Shown here: in pieces, positions 9,602 to 19,067 of the stretch
How the letters are laid out: each line of letters opens with the position of its first letter
Position numbering within the stretch: the stretch's first letter is position 1
From: an archaeon
GTDB lineage: Archaea; Thermoproteota; Nitrososphaeria; Nitrososphaerales; Gagatemarchaeaceae
Direction: 5' to 3'
NCBI GenBank assembly: GCA_021800855.1
Contig: JAJYYP010000001.1
Location: 20,335-84,334, forward strand
DNA length: 64,000 bases
Translations under genes and position numbers: made by a program
Notes under the pieces: generated by a model
What the model saw: the letters and a program-made list of their open reading frames with translations, nothing else
Told to the model about the DNA's origin: nothing
The model's database searches: none

Positions 9602-9639
9602 GCTTCAGTCGCCGCCTTTTCCCATCGTATATAGAGCTT

Positions 9640-10086
9640 TCAAAGAAGCTCAGACGTTATCTGCAGGTTGCTCACGTCGAAGTAGCGCCTGGCCAGAAGC
9701 CTGACCTTCTCCGCGTTCTTCCCCCCCAGCCCGAGGACCGCCCCCTTCTTCCGCGGGTCGACTACCACTACGACCGCCTTCGTGCCGTCCAGCCTCTCGC
9801 TGACGCGCACTTCCTGGATCGACTTCGAGCCTAGCGCGTTCTTCACCAGCCCCTCCACGTCGTCGGCCCACTCGACTACCTCTACAGGTCGCCTCACGGC
9901 CCGCTCGATCTTCTTCACAGAGGCGCCCTCCTTGCCGATGGCGAGGCCCATCTGTCCCTGGGCCACTACGAAGATGACCCGGCCCCTGCGTTCGTCTATC
10001 ACGCAGTCCCTGGCCGTCGCCCCTGTCATCCCTTGGAACATTGACATGAGCGAGAGCTCGTCTGAGGAGAGCTTGATCTCTGGCAC
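9640..10086 (-). CDS. nusA: archaeal NusA-like KH-domain transcription factor
   Basis: Two KH-like GxxG segments (IGKEGASVKKI, LGLGGKNAEKV). Canonical position between rpl30e and rps12. Confidence 0.85.
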   Translation of the reverse strand: MPEIKLSSDELSLMSMFQGMTGATARDCVIDERRGRVIFVVAQGQMGLAIGKEGASVKKIERAVRRPVEVVEWADDVEGLVKNALGSKSIQEVRVSERLDGTKAVVVVVDPRKKGAVLGLGGKNAEKVRLLARRYFDVSNLQITSELL

Positions 10087-10094
10087 CTACAGTA

Positions 10095-10403
10095 TCACCG
10101 CATCAGCTGTTTGACGTCGGTGTCGCTCACGTTCCTGAGCGCCATGGCGGAGACGTTGTAGGGCTTCCCCACCAACCGCGCCAACTCTGCTGACGTCTGG
10201 GTCAGTTCGACCACCGGGACCCCGTGCTTCTTCGCCTCTTCCCTGAGCTTCTCGCCCAGGTCGTGGGGGATGGACCTCGTTATGAGGATGCCCTTGCTCC
10301 CCTTCACTGCGGCGATGCTCTCCCTGGCGCCGACGGCTGTCTTTCCTGCCTTCATGGAGTCCTTCAGCACCTTGGAGAGTTGGGCGGTGTCGACCATTCT
10401 CAA
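10095..10403 (-). CDS. rpl30e: 50S ribosomal protein L30e
   Basis: L7Ae/L30e-fold sequence and canonical position after rpoA. TTG at 10401-10403 directly abuts the rpoA stop. An alternative ATG lies at 10395-10397. Confidence 0.85.
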   Translation of the reverse strand: MRMVDTAQLSKVLKDSMKAGKTAVGARESIAAVKGSKGILITRSIPHDLGEKLREEAKKHGVPVVELTQTSAELARLVGKPYNVSAMALRNVSDTDVKQLMR

Positions 10404-13400
10404 TCAGCTCATGTAGAGGTCGATCATGCCGGTTCCCAACGGTATCGGGAGCCCGACGATGACGTTCTCCGTGACCCCCTTGAGGTCTTCGACCTCGCCC
10501 TTGACCGCTGCCTCGGCGAGGGTCGGGACTGTGATCTCGAAGGCCGCCCTCGCCAAGACGCTGCTCTTGGTCCCGGCGATGCCGTGCCTCCCTATCTGCT
10601 GGATGTACCCCTTCGACGTCATCAGGTCGGCAACGAGGAAGATGTGGCGGATGTCCACCTCTAGCCCCTGCTCGTCGAGGGTGCTCATCAGCTCCCTCAC
10701 GAGGGTGGCGCGGGCCGCCTCGATCCCGAGGACCTGAGCGACCTCGTGGACGTTGTTGGTGTAGACTTTGCTCGGGTCGACCCCCTGTACCTGCACGACC
10801 TTGCCCAGGTTAGACCCCGAGGTCTGTATGAACCACTCCTCCCCTTCCTTTACCACGGTGACGCGGGTGATCCCAGGGATCCCCTTCAGCTTCATGTTGA
10901 GGATCTTGTTCCTCAGGGTGAACAGGGCAGAGAGGTCTGCCTCGGGCATGCTGACGTGGATGATGTTCGGGTTCCTCTTGTCCTGTTGGACCTTCCGCTT
11001 CCCTGTCTCTATCACCTTGGCTATCTCCTCCGGGCTCGTGTCCCTGTCGTTCATCATCTCAGGGCTGAGGTGGAGCTTGATCCCCTCGGTCGGGTCGACC
11101 TCGCTGAAGGCGACGACGTTGCCGACCTTCGTGAACAATATCTCCTTCGCCACCTTGACAGCCTTCTCGTTCTGGGCGGCGTAGTCCTTGGTAAGGTAGA
11201 TGTCCATGGACGGTTTCGCCGGGATCTTGCGGGCGTCGACCAGCTCCATGAGCCTCGGCAGCCCCAAGGTGACGTCTCTCTCACGGACCCCTGCGAAGTG
11301 GAACGTCCTCAGGGTCATCTGGGTGCCAGGCTCTCCTATCGACTGGGCAGCGACTATGCCTGACGCTTCGCCAGGCTCAACCCTCGAGTAGTCCAGGGCC
11401 TCAGCCACCCTTTCCATCGACTCTCTGAGACCTTCGTCCGTGAGATGAGAGTTCCCGAGCTTTTCCTTCAGCTCCTTCACCAGCCTTTCATTGAGCAGGG
11501 GCTGGTACTTCTTCAACAGCCTCTCCAGCTCCTCTTCGCTGGTCTTGGTCTTCGACTTGTGCGACAGCTCCTCGGTCTCGATCAGCCTGTCCAGGTTGAT
11601 TGGGCGGCCATGGTCGCTCTTGGCAGGGTCGACGCCGTCCTCTCCATATAGGAACTGTATGATATGGCCGTGTGGGTCCCTAACGGTGAGGTCGTACTCG
11701 ACCTTGAGGTGCTCGAGGGCGTTGACCAGCCTCCTCTGCATGTAACCGCTCTGCTGCGTCCTGACAGCGGTGTCCACGAGCCCCTCGCGTCCTCCCATGG
11801 CGTGGAAGAAAAACTCGGTCGGGGAGAGACCGTCTCTGTAGTTGCTCTTGACGAACCCTTTCGCGGTGGGGGACGGGTCGTTCCAAGCGAAGTGGCTCAG
11901 CGCCCTCCCCTTCAGGCCGTGGCTGATTCTCTTGCCGCGAACCGACTGCTGCCCCAGCGCCGCGGTCATCTGACCGACGTTGAGGCTCGACCCTCTGGCA
12001 CCTGTCCTTGCCATTATCATGCCGGAGTTCTCTGCCGGGAAGGCCCTGTCAGCTATCCTCCCCGCCTTGTCCCTGGCCTTCGCAAGCTCGTTGACTATAT
12101 ACGCCTCGAGTGTGTCCTCTGCCGAGAGGCCCCTGGTGAGCTGAAGCGCGCCTGTCTTGTACTTCTTCTGGAGGTCGGTGACGCTGGCGTAGGCCTCGTC
12201 AAGCGCATCTGTGATCCCCTTCTTGGCCTCGGTGGGGAGCTCGAGCTCGTTGAACCCATATGTGAAGCCCCTTCGGGTGAGGAAGGTCTTGAGGACCTTG
12301 AGTATCGAGTTGAGGAAGTTGCGAGCCTCCTCATTACCATAGTCTTTGGCGATTCTGTGCAGCAGGGAGTCCGGCTCCTCGGCCCCTATCACCGCCTTGT
12401 CGACGACACCAGAAACCAGCTCGCCGTCCCGTATGACCACGTCGTTGGAGGCCCCGGTCCTCTGTGCTTTGGCCCACTTGGAGGTGAGGACGTAATTCAT
12501 CCCCTTTGGGAGGAAGAGGGAGAAGAGTTGCTTCCCGGTATAGGCAGGGTGCGCTCCCTTTACCGCTGGCTCGGGGAGGTCCCCTACGTAGTCCCCTATC
12601 AGTGCGAGGTTGGAGAACTCGGCTGTGGTGAGGGTGGTCTCGTCCCGCGTGAGCATGAACGCTCCCGTGATGAAGTCCCTGATCCCTCCGATGATAGGTC
12701 CTCCGTACCTGGGCGAAAGTATCTGGTCCTGCACCCTCATCAGCATGAGCGCTTCGGACCTTGATTCTTCGCTCTGTGGGACGTGGAGGTTCATCTCGTC
12801 CCCGTCGAAGTCGGCGTTGTAGGGGGGGCAGACCGAGGGGTGGAGCCTGAAGGTCCTGAACGGCAGGACACGGACGAAGTGCGCCATGACGGACATCCTG
12901 TGGAGGGACGGCTGCCTGTTGAAGAGCACGATGTCACCGTCCATCAGGTGCCTTTCGACGATGTATCCTGGGGCGAGGGAGTCGGCCAGCGCCTTCCTGT
13001 CGCTGGCGAAGTCCAACCTGATCTTCACGCCGTCTGGCCTTATGACGTAATTGGCGCCAGGGTGCTCAAAGGGGCCCCTGTTCACGAGCGCCTTCAGGTG
13101 TTCGATGTTGAAAGGCGAGACCTTTTCTGGTATCGTGAGCTTCTTCGCGACCTCGAACGGCACCCCCACCTCGCCGATGTCGAGGCTTGGGTCTGGACTG
13201 ATCACAGTACGGCTGGAGAAGTCAACCCTCTTCCCCGACAGCGACCCCCTGAACCTCCCTTCCTTCCCCTTCAGCCGCTGGCTGAGCGTCTTCAGCGGCC
13301 TCCCGGACCTGTGGTGTGCCTGCGGAATCCCCGAGACCTCATTGTCGAAGTAGGTGGTGACGTGGTAGTGGAGCAGGTCTACCAGGTCCTGCACGATAAG

Positions 13401-14192
13401 ATGAGGGGTGCCTGACTCCTTAGACTCGCGCACCCTCTGGTTGACCCTGAGGATATCAACCACCTTGTGGGTGAGGTCGTCCTCCGATCTGATCCCCGAC
13501 TCGAGAGTTATGGAAGGACGGACCGTGAGCGGAGGGACCGGGAGCACTTGCAGGACGAACCACTCAGGCCTGGCTGCCTTCGAGTTGAACCCGAGGAGCG
13601 CCAAGTCGTCGTTGTTAAGCCTCTCGAGCCGTTCGCGGATCGCCACCGGGAGAAGGCGGGTCGCTCCCCCTTCCTCGGTGATTTCATGGAAAATGGTCGG
13701 TTTCGTGAACTCAATCTGATACTGCTGCTTCCCGCAGTGCGGGCAGAGCTTGACCTTCTTCGCCTTCGTGACAATCTCCTTGGCGACGGCGTCCGTCAGG
13801 GACGGGGTGAAGTCTGTCTGGTTCGTCAGTTTGGTCCGGTAGGCGTCCAGCTCCTGCTGCGGCAAAAGTATCCTCCCGCAAGACCTGCACGTAGTTTGGA
13901 CCAGCCTGTTGATCTCGTCCACGAACGCGATATGGAGGACCGGCTCGGCCAGCTCGATATGGCCGAAGTGCCCCGGGCACCTCCCTGCAGTCCCTCCGCA
14001 GGTACCGCACTTCTGTCCCGGCTCGAGGGTGCCGAGCCTGCTGTCCATGAGTCCCCCCTGGACTGGCATCCCGTCCTCGTCGTAGGTCTCAGGCTGGGTG
14101 ATCTCGGCGACAGAGTACTTCCTGACCTCCGCGGGGGAGAAGACGGCGAAGTTGATCCCGCCGATTGTTTTGAGCGCCTGTTCCATTGACAT
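10404..14192 (-). CDS. rpoA: DNA-directed RNA polymerase subunit A, unsplit (A'+A'' in one 1262-aa ORF)
   Basis: One uninterrupted frame holds the N-terminal zinc motifs, the catalytic NADFDGDEMN and the trigger-loop region SIGEPGTQMTLRTFHFAG. Confidence 0.95.
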   Translation of the reverse strand: MSMEQALKTIGGINFAVFSPAEVRKYSVAEITQPETYDEDGMPVQGGLMDSRLGTLEPGQKCGTCGGTAGRCPGHFGHIELAEPVLHIAFVDEINRLVQTTCRSCGRILLPQQELDAYRTKLTNQTDFTPSLTDAVAKEIVTKAKKVKLCPHCGKQQYQIEFTKPTIFHEITEEGGATRLLPVAIRERLERLNNDDLALLGFNSKAARPEWFVLQVLPVPPLTVRPSITLESGIRSEDDLTHKVVDILRVNQRVRESKESGTPHLIVQDLVDLLHYHVTTYFDNEVSGIPQAHHRSGRPLKTLSQRLKGKEGRFRGSLSGKRVDFSSRTVISPDPSLDIGEVGVPFEVAKKLTIPEKVSPFNIEHLKALVNRGPFEHPGANYVIRPDGVKIRLDFASDRKALADSLAPGYIVERHLMDGDIVLFNRQPSLHRMSVMAHFVRVLPFRTFRLHPSVCPPYNADFDGDEMNLHVPQSEESRSEALMLMRVQDQILSPRYGGPIIGGIRDFITGAFMLTRDETTLTTAEFSNLALIGDYVGDLPEPAVKGAHPAYTGKQLFSLFLPKGMNYVLTSKWAKAQRTGASNDVVIRDGELVSGVVDKAVIGAEEPDSLLHRIAKDYGNEEARNFLNSILKVLKTFLTRRGFTYGFNELELPTEAKKGITDALDEAYASVTDLQKKYKTGALQLTRGLSAEDTLEAYIVNELAKARDKAGRIADRAFPAENSGMIMARTGARGSSLNVGQMTAALGQQSVRGKRISHGLKGRALSHFAWNDPSPTAKGFVKSNYRDGLSPTEFFFHAMGGREGLVDTAVRTQQSGYMQRRLVNALEHLKVEYDLTVRDPHGHIIQFLYGEDGVDPAKSDHGRPINLDRLIETEELSHKSKTKTSEEELERLLKKYQPLLNERLVKELKEKLGNSHLTDEGLRESMERVAEALDYSRVEPGEASGIVAAQSIGEPGTQMTLRTFHFAGVRERDVTLGLPRLMELVDARKIPAKPSMDIYLTKDYAAQNEKAVKVAKEILFTKVGNVVAFSEVDPTEGIKLHLSPEMMNDRDTSPEEIAKVIETGKRKVQQDKRNPNIIHVSMPEADLSALFTLRNKILNMKLKGIPGITRVTVVKEGEEWFIQTSGSNLGKVVQVQGVDPSKVYTNNVHEVAQVLGIEAARATLVRELMSTLDEQGLEVDIRHIFLVADLMTSKGYIQQIGRHGIAGTKSSVLARAAFEITVPTLAEAAVKGEVEDLKGVTENVIVGLPIPLGTGMIDLYMS

Positions 14193-14196
14193 TTCT

Positions 14197-17100
14197 CTAC
14201 ACCTTGTCCTTCAGCTGGAGCCTCGGCGCTATGTTCAGGCTCATCATCTCCTGGAGCAGGAGCTTGAATGCGTAGGCGACGACCACGGTGGATATCTTTG
14301 CCTGGTCGCCGTCTATCTTACAGGTGTACTTCCTCTGCTTCGCGTCGTAGTAGGCTATCAGGCCGCACTTTTCGCAGACGTAGATCTCCGCCTTGTCAGC
14401 TTCGTCCAGCAGCCTGTCCTTGAGGACCATGGACGCGCCGTACGCAATCAGGCAGTCCCTCTCCATTTCTCCGAACCTGAGACCCCCGCCACGCGCCCTC
14501 CCCTCCGTGGGCTGCTTGGTGAGCATCTGTACCTGCCCTCTGGCCCTGGCGTGGATCTTGTCCGCTACCATGTGATGCAGCTTCTGGTAGTATACCACCC
14601 CCACGAAGACGTCGGCCGCGAACTTCTTCCCGGTCTTGCCGTCATACATGACCTCTCTTCCTGTCGGCTCGAACCCCTTCGCCCTTAGGACCTTCTCCAT
14701 CTCCTCGATACTCTCACCTGCGAAAGCCGAGCCGTCGACCGGCGAACCCCTGAATGCCGCCGCCTTCCCAGCGATGGACTCGATGAACTGGCCCACGGTC
14801 ATCCTCGACGGGAAGGCGTGAGGGTTGATGATTACGTCAGGGACGATCCCCTCCGCCGTGTATGGCATGTCCTCCTGCGGGACGACCAGCCCGATGACCC
14901 CTTTCTGACCGTGCCTTGATGCGAACTTGTCTCCTATCTCCGGGACCCTCATGTCCCTCACTCTTACCTTGAACATCTTACCCCCCTCGACGTTCTCGGT
15001 CATGAAGATGGAGTCCACCACCCCGTTCTCCGACGGCCTGACGGCCACCGAAGTGTCGCGTCTGTAGGGGCCCTTGATCTCGAACTCCTTATACTCCTCC
15101 ATGAACCTCGGAGGGCTTGTCCTGCCGATTACCACGTCCCCTCCGGTCACCTGAGACTCGTGGGCTACCACCCCGTCACCCTCAAGGAGCCGGTAGAACT
15201 TCTCTCCTCTGTAGCCGCGTATGTTTGAGTCGGCCGACGGGACCTCGAAAGTGTCCCGCATCCCGCCGAGGTATTGCTTCGCCTCGCCTTCATAGAGCCG
15301 GTAGAAGAATGAGCGCGACATACCTCTTTCGACGCTCGACTTGTTCATGATGATCGCGTCCTCAATGTTGTAGCCCTCGAACGAGAGGACGGCTACCACA
15401 CAGTTCGTCCCAAGCGGACGCTCGTCTATCCGGAGAAGGTCGAGCGTCCTGGTGCGTACCACCGGGGCCTGCGGGCTCACGAGCAGGTGCTGCCTCACGT
15501 GAGGGGAAATCGGATATGTGGGGGAGCTGAAGCCAAGGCTCTGCTTCGCCATGGCCGACTCGTAAGTGTTCCTCGGCGATTGGTTGTGCTCAGGGTACGG
15601 GATTATTGACGCCGCAATGCCGAACATGGCCGCTGGGAAGAGCTCCATATGCGTGTTCTTGGTAGAGACGTCGTCTGGCCCCATTGATACCAGGCAGTTC
15701 TCTTCCTCGTTGGCGTCGATAAGCTCGATGACCCCTTGGTCGACCAGGTCACGCCAGGACATCTGCCCAGTGCTTACCTTATCGACGAGCTCGGGTGTCA
15801 GTAACGGGCGACCGCTTTCGACGAGGACCAGCGGCCTCAGGACTCTCCCTGAGCTGAGGCTGACGTAGACCCGCGGGTAGGCGTTCTCGTTCACAGGAGA
15901 GACATACAGTACGCTGGCGCCGGGATTGATCTGCCCCTCGCGCCTGAGCTTACGGAACGCCTTCGCAAGGCGCTCCCCGTCGTCGACGTACCCCAAGAAC
16001 CTCCCGTCCATGAATATCCTGCAGCCATCGACCTGGAGCTTCTGGTCTGATTCTCTGATCTGCCTGGCTCCCAACTCCCAGAGTTTCTCTTCTATCTCCT
16101 GCGGCGGGACGCTCACGGAGATGATAGCCGAGAGCGCCAAGTTCTTCACCAGGCCGCAGTTCACCCCTTCAGGCGTCTCCGAAGGGCATATCCTGCCGAA
16201 GTGAGTCGCATGCAAGTCTCTCGCCTCGAAGTTCGGCTGGCTCCTGCTGAGCGGGGACTGGACCCTCCTGAGGTGGCTCAGGGTGCTGAGGTAGTTGGTC
16301 CGGTCGAGGAGCTGCGTCACCCCGACCTTCCCTCTCCCCCAGTTCCCAGTAGCTATGGCGTTGTTGAGCTTGTCAGTGATTATGCCGGTCCGGATGGCCG
16401 CCCCGACGACGTTGCCCCCCCGTTTCTGACCCGTCCTTTCGAGCTGGTACTTCATATCCCTCACCAGGTTGCGGAAGGCGGTCCTGAAGAGGTCTGCCAG
16501 CATCTGGCCAGCGAACTTTATCACCTTGTTCCCGTAGTGATCCTTGTCGTCCGCCTCGATCCACCCTAACCTCAGCTCCAGCAGCTTGCATGCAGCCTCT
16601 CCCATGAACATCGACTTGTCGAACCGCTTGTCTTCCGTCTTGCCCAGGTGGGGCAGCAGACCCCAGTCGAGCATCGACAAGGCTCTCTTGACTCTGAACT
16701 CTTCGAGCATCCCATGGGCGACCCTGTTGCCGATGAATACGAGGGCGTCCTTCTCCGTTGGCGCTTCGCTCGCCTTATCGAAGGAGACTTCCAGGAGGTC
16801 TTGAATCTCAGGCTTCGGTGAGACTGCGTCGGCGATCTCCTTGTCAGACTTTATCCCGAGCGCACGCATCACTATCACATAGGGCAGGTCCACCGGGCAG
16901 CTGGGGACCTTGACATTGATGGCGCCGTCCTGCTTCAGAGTCAATTCCAGTTTCGACCTGTATCCAACGACGGAGGAGTAGACCCGAGACTTGTAGGTAG
17001 TGGCCCCTGCCAGCCTCTCTGCGTCCACCAGAATCTTGTTAGGGGACAGGTCCTCGAGGCCTACGATCACCCTCTCCGCCCCGTGGATTATGAAATAGCC

Positions 17101-17550
17101 CCCAGGGTCGTTGGGGTCCTCTCCCGACTCGACGAGCTGTTCCCTTGAGCGATTAGAGAGCTGGCAGAGCTCGCTCTTCACCATGACAGGGAGGTCGCCT
17201 ATGTGCTGGCGGGTTGTGTCGCGCGGGAGGCCCTCCTCTTCGATGGTCATTTCGAGGAGGATAGGTGCGGAGTAGGTGAGGTTCCTCAGCCTCGCCTCCA
17301 TTGGGAGTATGCTGCTCACCGAGCCGTCGATCTCCACTACGCGTGGGGACCCGAGGGTGACCCTGCCGAATTTTATCCTGTATGGGGTGCTGACAGTCTC
17401 CACCTCGACTTCGCCTATCTCGTCGACGATGTTCTGGAGGCCCCTCGTCACGAACTCGTTGTAGCTGTTGAGGTGCTGGCGCGCCACCCCTTCCCTCTCA
17501 AGAAGGTCGCTCAGTATCACCCAGGAGTTGCTCGCGATTTGTCTACTCAA
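14197..17550 (-). CDS. rpoB: DNA-directed RNA polymerase subunit B (unsplit)
   Basis: 1117 aa with GDKFASRHGQKGV, the LRFGEMERDC region and a C-terminal zinc ribbon CEKCG...C. Confidence 0.95.
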   Translation of the reverse strand: MSRQIASNSWVILSDLLEREGVARQHLNSYNEFVTRGLQNIVDEIGEVEVETVSTPYRIKFGRVTLGSPRVVEIDGSVSSILPMEARLRNLTYSAPILLEMTIEEEGLPRDTTRQHIGDLPVMVKSELCQLSNRSREQLVESGEDPNDPGGYFIIHGAERVIVGLEDLSPNKILVDAERLAGATTYKSRVYSSVVGYRSKLELTLKQDGAINVKVPSCPVDLPYVIVMRALGIKSDKEIADAVSPKPEIQDLLEVSFDKASEAPTEKDALVFIGNRVAHGMLEEFRVKRALSMLDWGLLPHLGKTEDKRFDKSMFMGEAACKLLELRLGWIEADDKDHYGNKVIKFAGQMLADLFRTAFRNLVRDMKYQLERTGQKRGGNVVGAAIRTGIITDKLNNAIATGNWGRGKVGVTQLLDRTNYLSTLSHLRRVQSPLSRSQPNFEARDLHATHFGRICPSETPEGVNCGLVKNLALSAIISVSVPPQEIEEKLWELGARQIRESDQKLQVDGCRIFMDGRFLGYVDDGERLAKAFRKLRREGQINPGASVLYVSPVNENAYPRVYVSLSSGRVLRPLVLVESGRPLLTPELVDKVSTGQMSWRDLVDQGVIELIDANEEENCLVSMGPDDVSTKNTHMELFPAAMFGIAASIIPYPEHNQSPRNTYESAMAKQSLGFSSPTYPISPHVRQHLLVSPQAPVVRTRTLDLLRIDERPLGTNCVVAVLSFEGYNIEDAIIMNKSSVERGMSRSFFYRLYEGEAKQYLGGMRDTFEVPSADSNIRGYRGEKFYRLLEGDGVVAHESQVTGGDVVIGRTSPPRFMEEYKEFEIKGPYRRDTSVAVRPSENGVVDSIFMTENVEGGKMFKVRVRDMRVPEIGDKFASRHGQKGVIGLVVPQEDMPYTAEGIVPDVIINPHAFPSRMTVGQFIESIAGKAAAFRGSPVDGSAFAGESIEEMEKVLRAKGFEPTGREVMYDGKTGKKFAADVFVGVVYYQKLHHMVADKIHARARGQVQMLTKQPTEGRARGGGLRFGEMERDCLIAYGASMVLKDRLLDEADKAEIYVCEKCGLIAYYDAKQRKYTCKIDGDQAKISTVVVAYAFKLLLQEMMSLNIAPRLQLKDKV

Positions 17551-17553
17551 CCT

Positions 17554-17859
17554 CTATCCCTCTACCACATACCGGTAGTACACGCCTGAGCCCGCGGTCT
17601 CGCTGGTCCTGGTGATCCTGACTAGGTCCCCTGGCTTCGCGCCAATCTCCTTGACTATCGAGTCTGTCGACTGTATGTATGGGAACTGGGACGGGGTTGC
17701 GTTGAACCTTGCGACCACCTGGGCCGCCTCCTCTCGAGTCAGGAGCTCATGCTTCGGAATCAAGAAATGCGTGCTGACCTTGAACGCTGGGACCTCATCC
17801 TCGACTTTCTTCCTCTTGGTAGCCTTCTTGGGCGCCGCCTTGCTCTCCGCTATGCGCAC
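17554..17859 (-). CDS. rpoH: RNA polymerase subunit H (Rpb5-like)
   Basis: Motifs HFLIPKHELLTREEA and KPGDLVRITRTSETAG..YYRYV. GTG start with GGAGG 3 nt upstream. Lys-rich N-terminal extension. Confidence 0.85.
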   Translation of the reverse strand: MRIAESKAAPKKATKRKKVEDEVPAFKVSTHFLIPKHELLTREEAAQVVARFNATPSQFPYIQSTDSIVKEIGAKPGDLVRITRTSETAGSGVYYRYVVEG

Positions 17860-17938
17860 TTACCTCCATTAACAATGCAGACTACCTCGCTCGAACAATA
17901 CACGGAACAGGGCCCCTTGAAGAGCGCTTTTGACCGCG

Positions 17939-17951
17939 TATTTAGATTTTA
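17939..17951 (-). promoter_or_regulatory. candidate promoter of the RNA polymerase/ribosomal protein operon
   Basis: Minus-strand TAAAATCTAAATA about 80-90 nt upstream of the rpoH GTG. It is the only AT-rich element in the 261-nt gap. Confidence 0.3.
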
Positions 17952-18120
17952 CGAACACCTTCCAGCGCTTCGCATTCACAGGAACTGGCTTTGGCTGGTT
18001 GAAAACGGCAGCATCTGAGCTCTTGGCTCGATTCGCAGCATCAGCCCGTCAGTCCGTACCAGACGCGCCGATTTTCAGGCCCTGAGGAGTTGAAATCGCC
18101 GCATCCTGAGAGTCCCTTGG

Positions 18121-19029
18121 TCAGGCGCTCACCGAATCGGCTTCGTAGACCGTGGTGCCTTCCGCGGGGTCGTGCACGGCCTTGGAGAACTCAACATAGA
18201 GCCTCTTCGTCACCGGACCCGGGGCCCCGGTCCCGACGTTCACTCCGCTGATCGAGCCGATTGCGAGGATTTCTGCCTTAGTCCCCACGAGGAATGCTTC
18301 GTCTGCTGTGTTCAGCTCGAAGGGGGTGACGTCCCTCTCTGTGACCTCCAACCCGAGGTCGGCACACAAAGAGATGATGCGTGCCCGGGTTATCCCGTGG
18401 AGTATTCCTGCACCAGACGAAGGTGTCGAAAGCCTCCCGTCCTTAACCAAGAATACGTTGCTTACGCTAGCCTCTGACACAAACCCTCTATGGTCGAGCA
18501 GTATTGCGTCGTCGGCGCCGGCGTTGGTGGCCTCCATCTTCGCAAGTATGCTGTTCATGTAGTTGAGCGACTTTATCTCATGTGACGTCCCGTCTACAAC
18601 GTCCCTCCTGTGTGACGAAAAGATCACCCTGACGACCTTCGGCTCCCTCGGCCCCAGGGCGCTGGCCATGGGTTCCGTGATGATGAAGACGGTAGGGTTC
18701 TTACATAAATCTGGATTGACCCCCAGGTCTCCGACCCCTCTGGTCACGACCAGCCGGATGTATGCGTCCCTGAGCCCATTCCTGCGCAACGTCTCCAGGA
18801 CCGCTTCTGTCATCTCATCTTTGGCGAGTGGGATCTTCAGCCGTATGACCTTGGCCGAGTCGTACAGCCGGTCGATGTGGTCGGCGAGCCTGTAGACGTT
18901 ACCGTCGTAGGCCCTTATCCCCTCGAAGACGCCGTCCCCATAGAGGAGTCCGTGGTCGAATACGGAGACCACAGCTTTCGAACGCTCGACGTACTTCCCG
19001 TCGACGTAGACAAGCTGGTCCCCGTTCAT
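18121..19029 (-). CDS. ilvE: branched-chain amino-acid aminotransferase (fold type IV)
   Basis: Motifs GLLYGDGVFEGIRAY and YIRLVVTRG. 302 aa. Confidence 0.9.
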   Translation of the reverse strand: MNGDQLVYVDGKYVERSKAVVSVFDHGLLYGDGVFEGIRAYDGNVYRLADHIDRLYDSAKVIRLKIPLAKDEMTEAVLETLRRNGLRDAYIRLVVTRGVGDLGVNPDLCKNPTVFIITEPMASALGPREPKVVRVIFSSHRRDVVDGTSHEIKSLNYMNSILAKMEATNAGADDAILLDHRGFVSEASVSNVFLVKDGRLSTPSSGAGILHGITRARIISLCADLGLEVTERDVTPFELNTADEAFLVGTKAEILAIGSISGVNVGTGAPGPVTKRLYVEFSKAVHDPAEGTTVYEADSVSA

Positions 19030-19067
19030 TGGAAAATGGACTGCCCGAGGCTGTTAAAACGGTTCTG

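Noticed and set aside
11664-12764. 366-aa plus-strand ORF, with similar ones at 10746-11363, 12783-13415 and 13467-14189
   Set aside because: All are antisense to rpoA. They are Arg/Pro/Gly/Leu-rich with no motifs, so they are GC-driven open frames.
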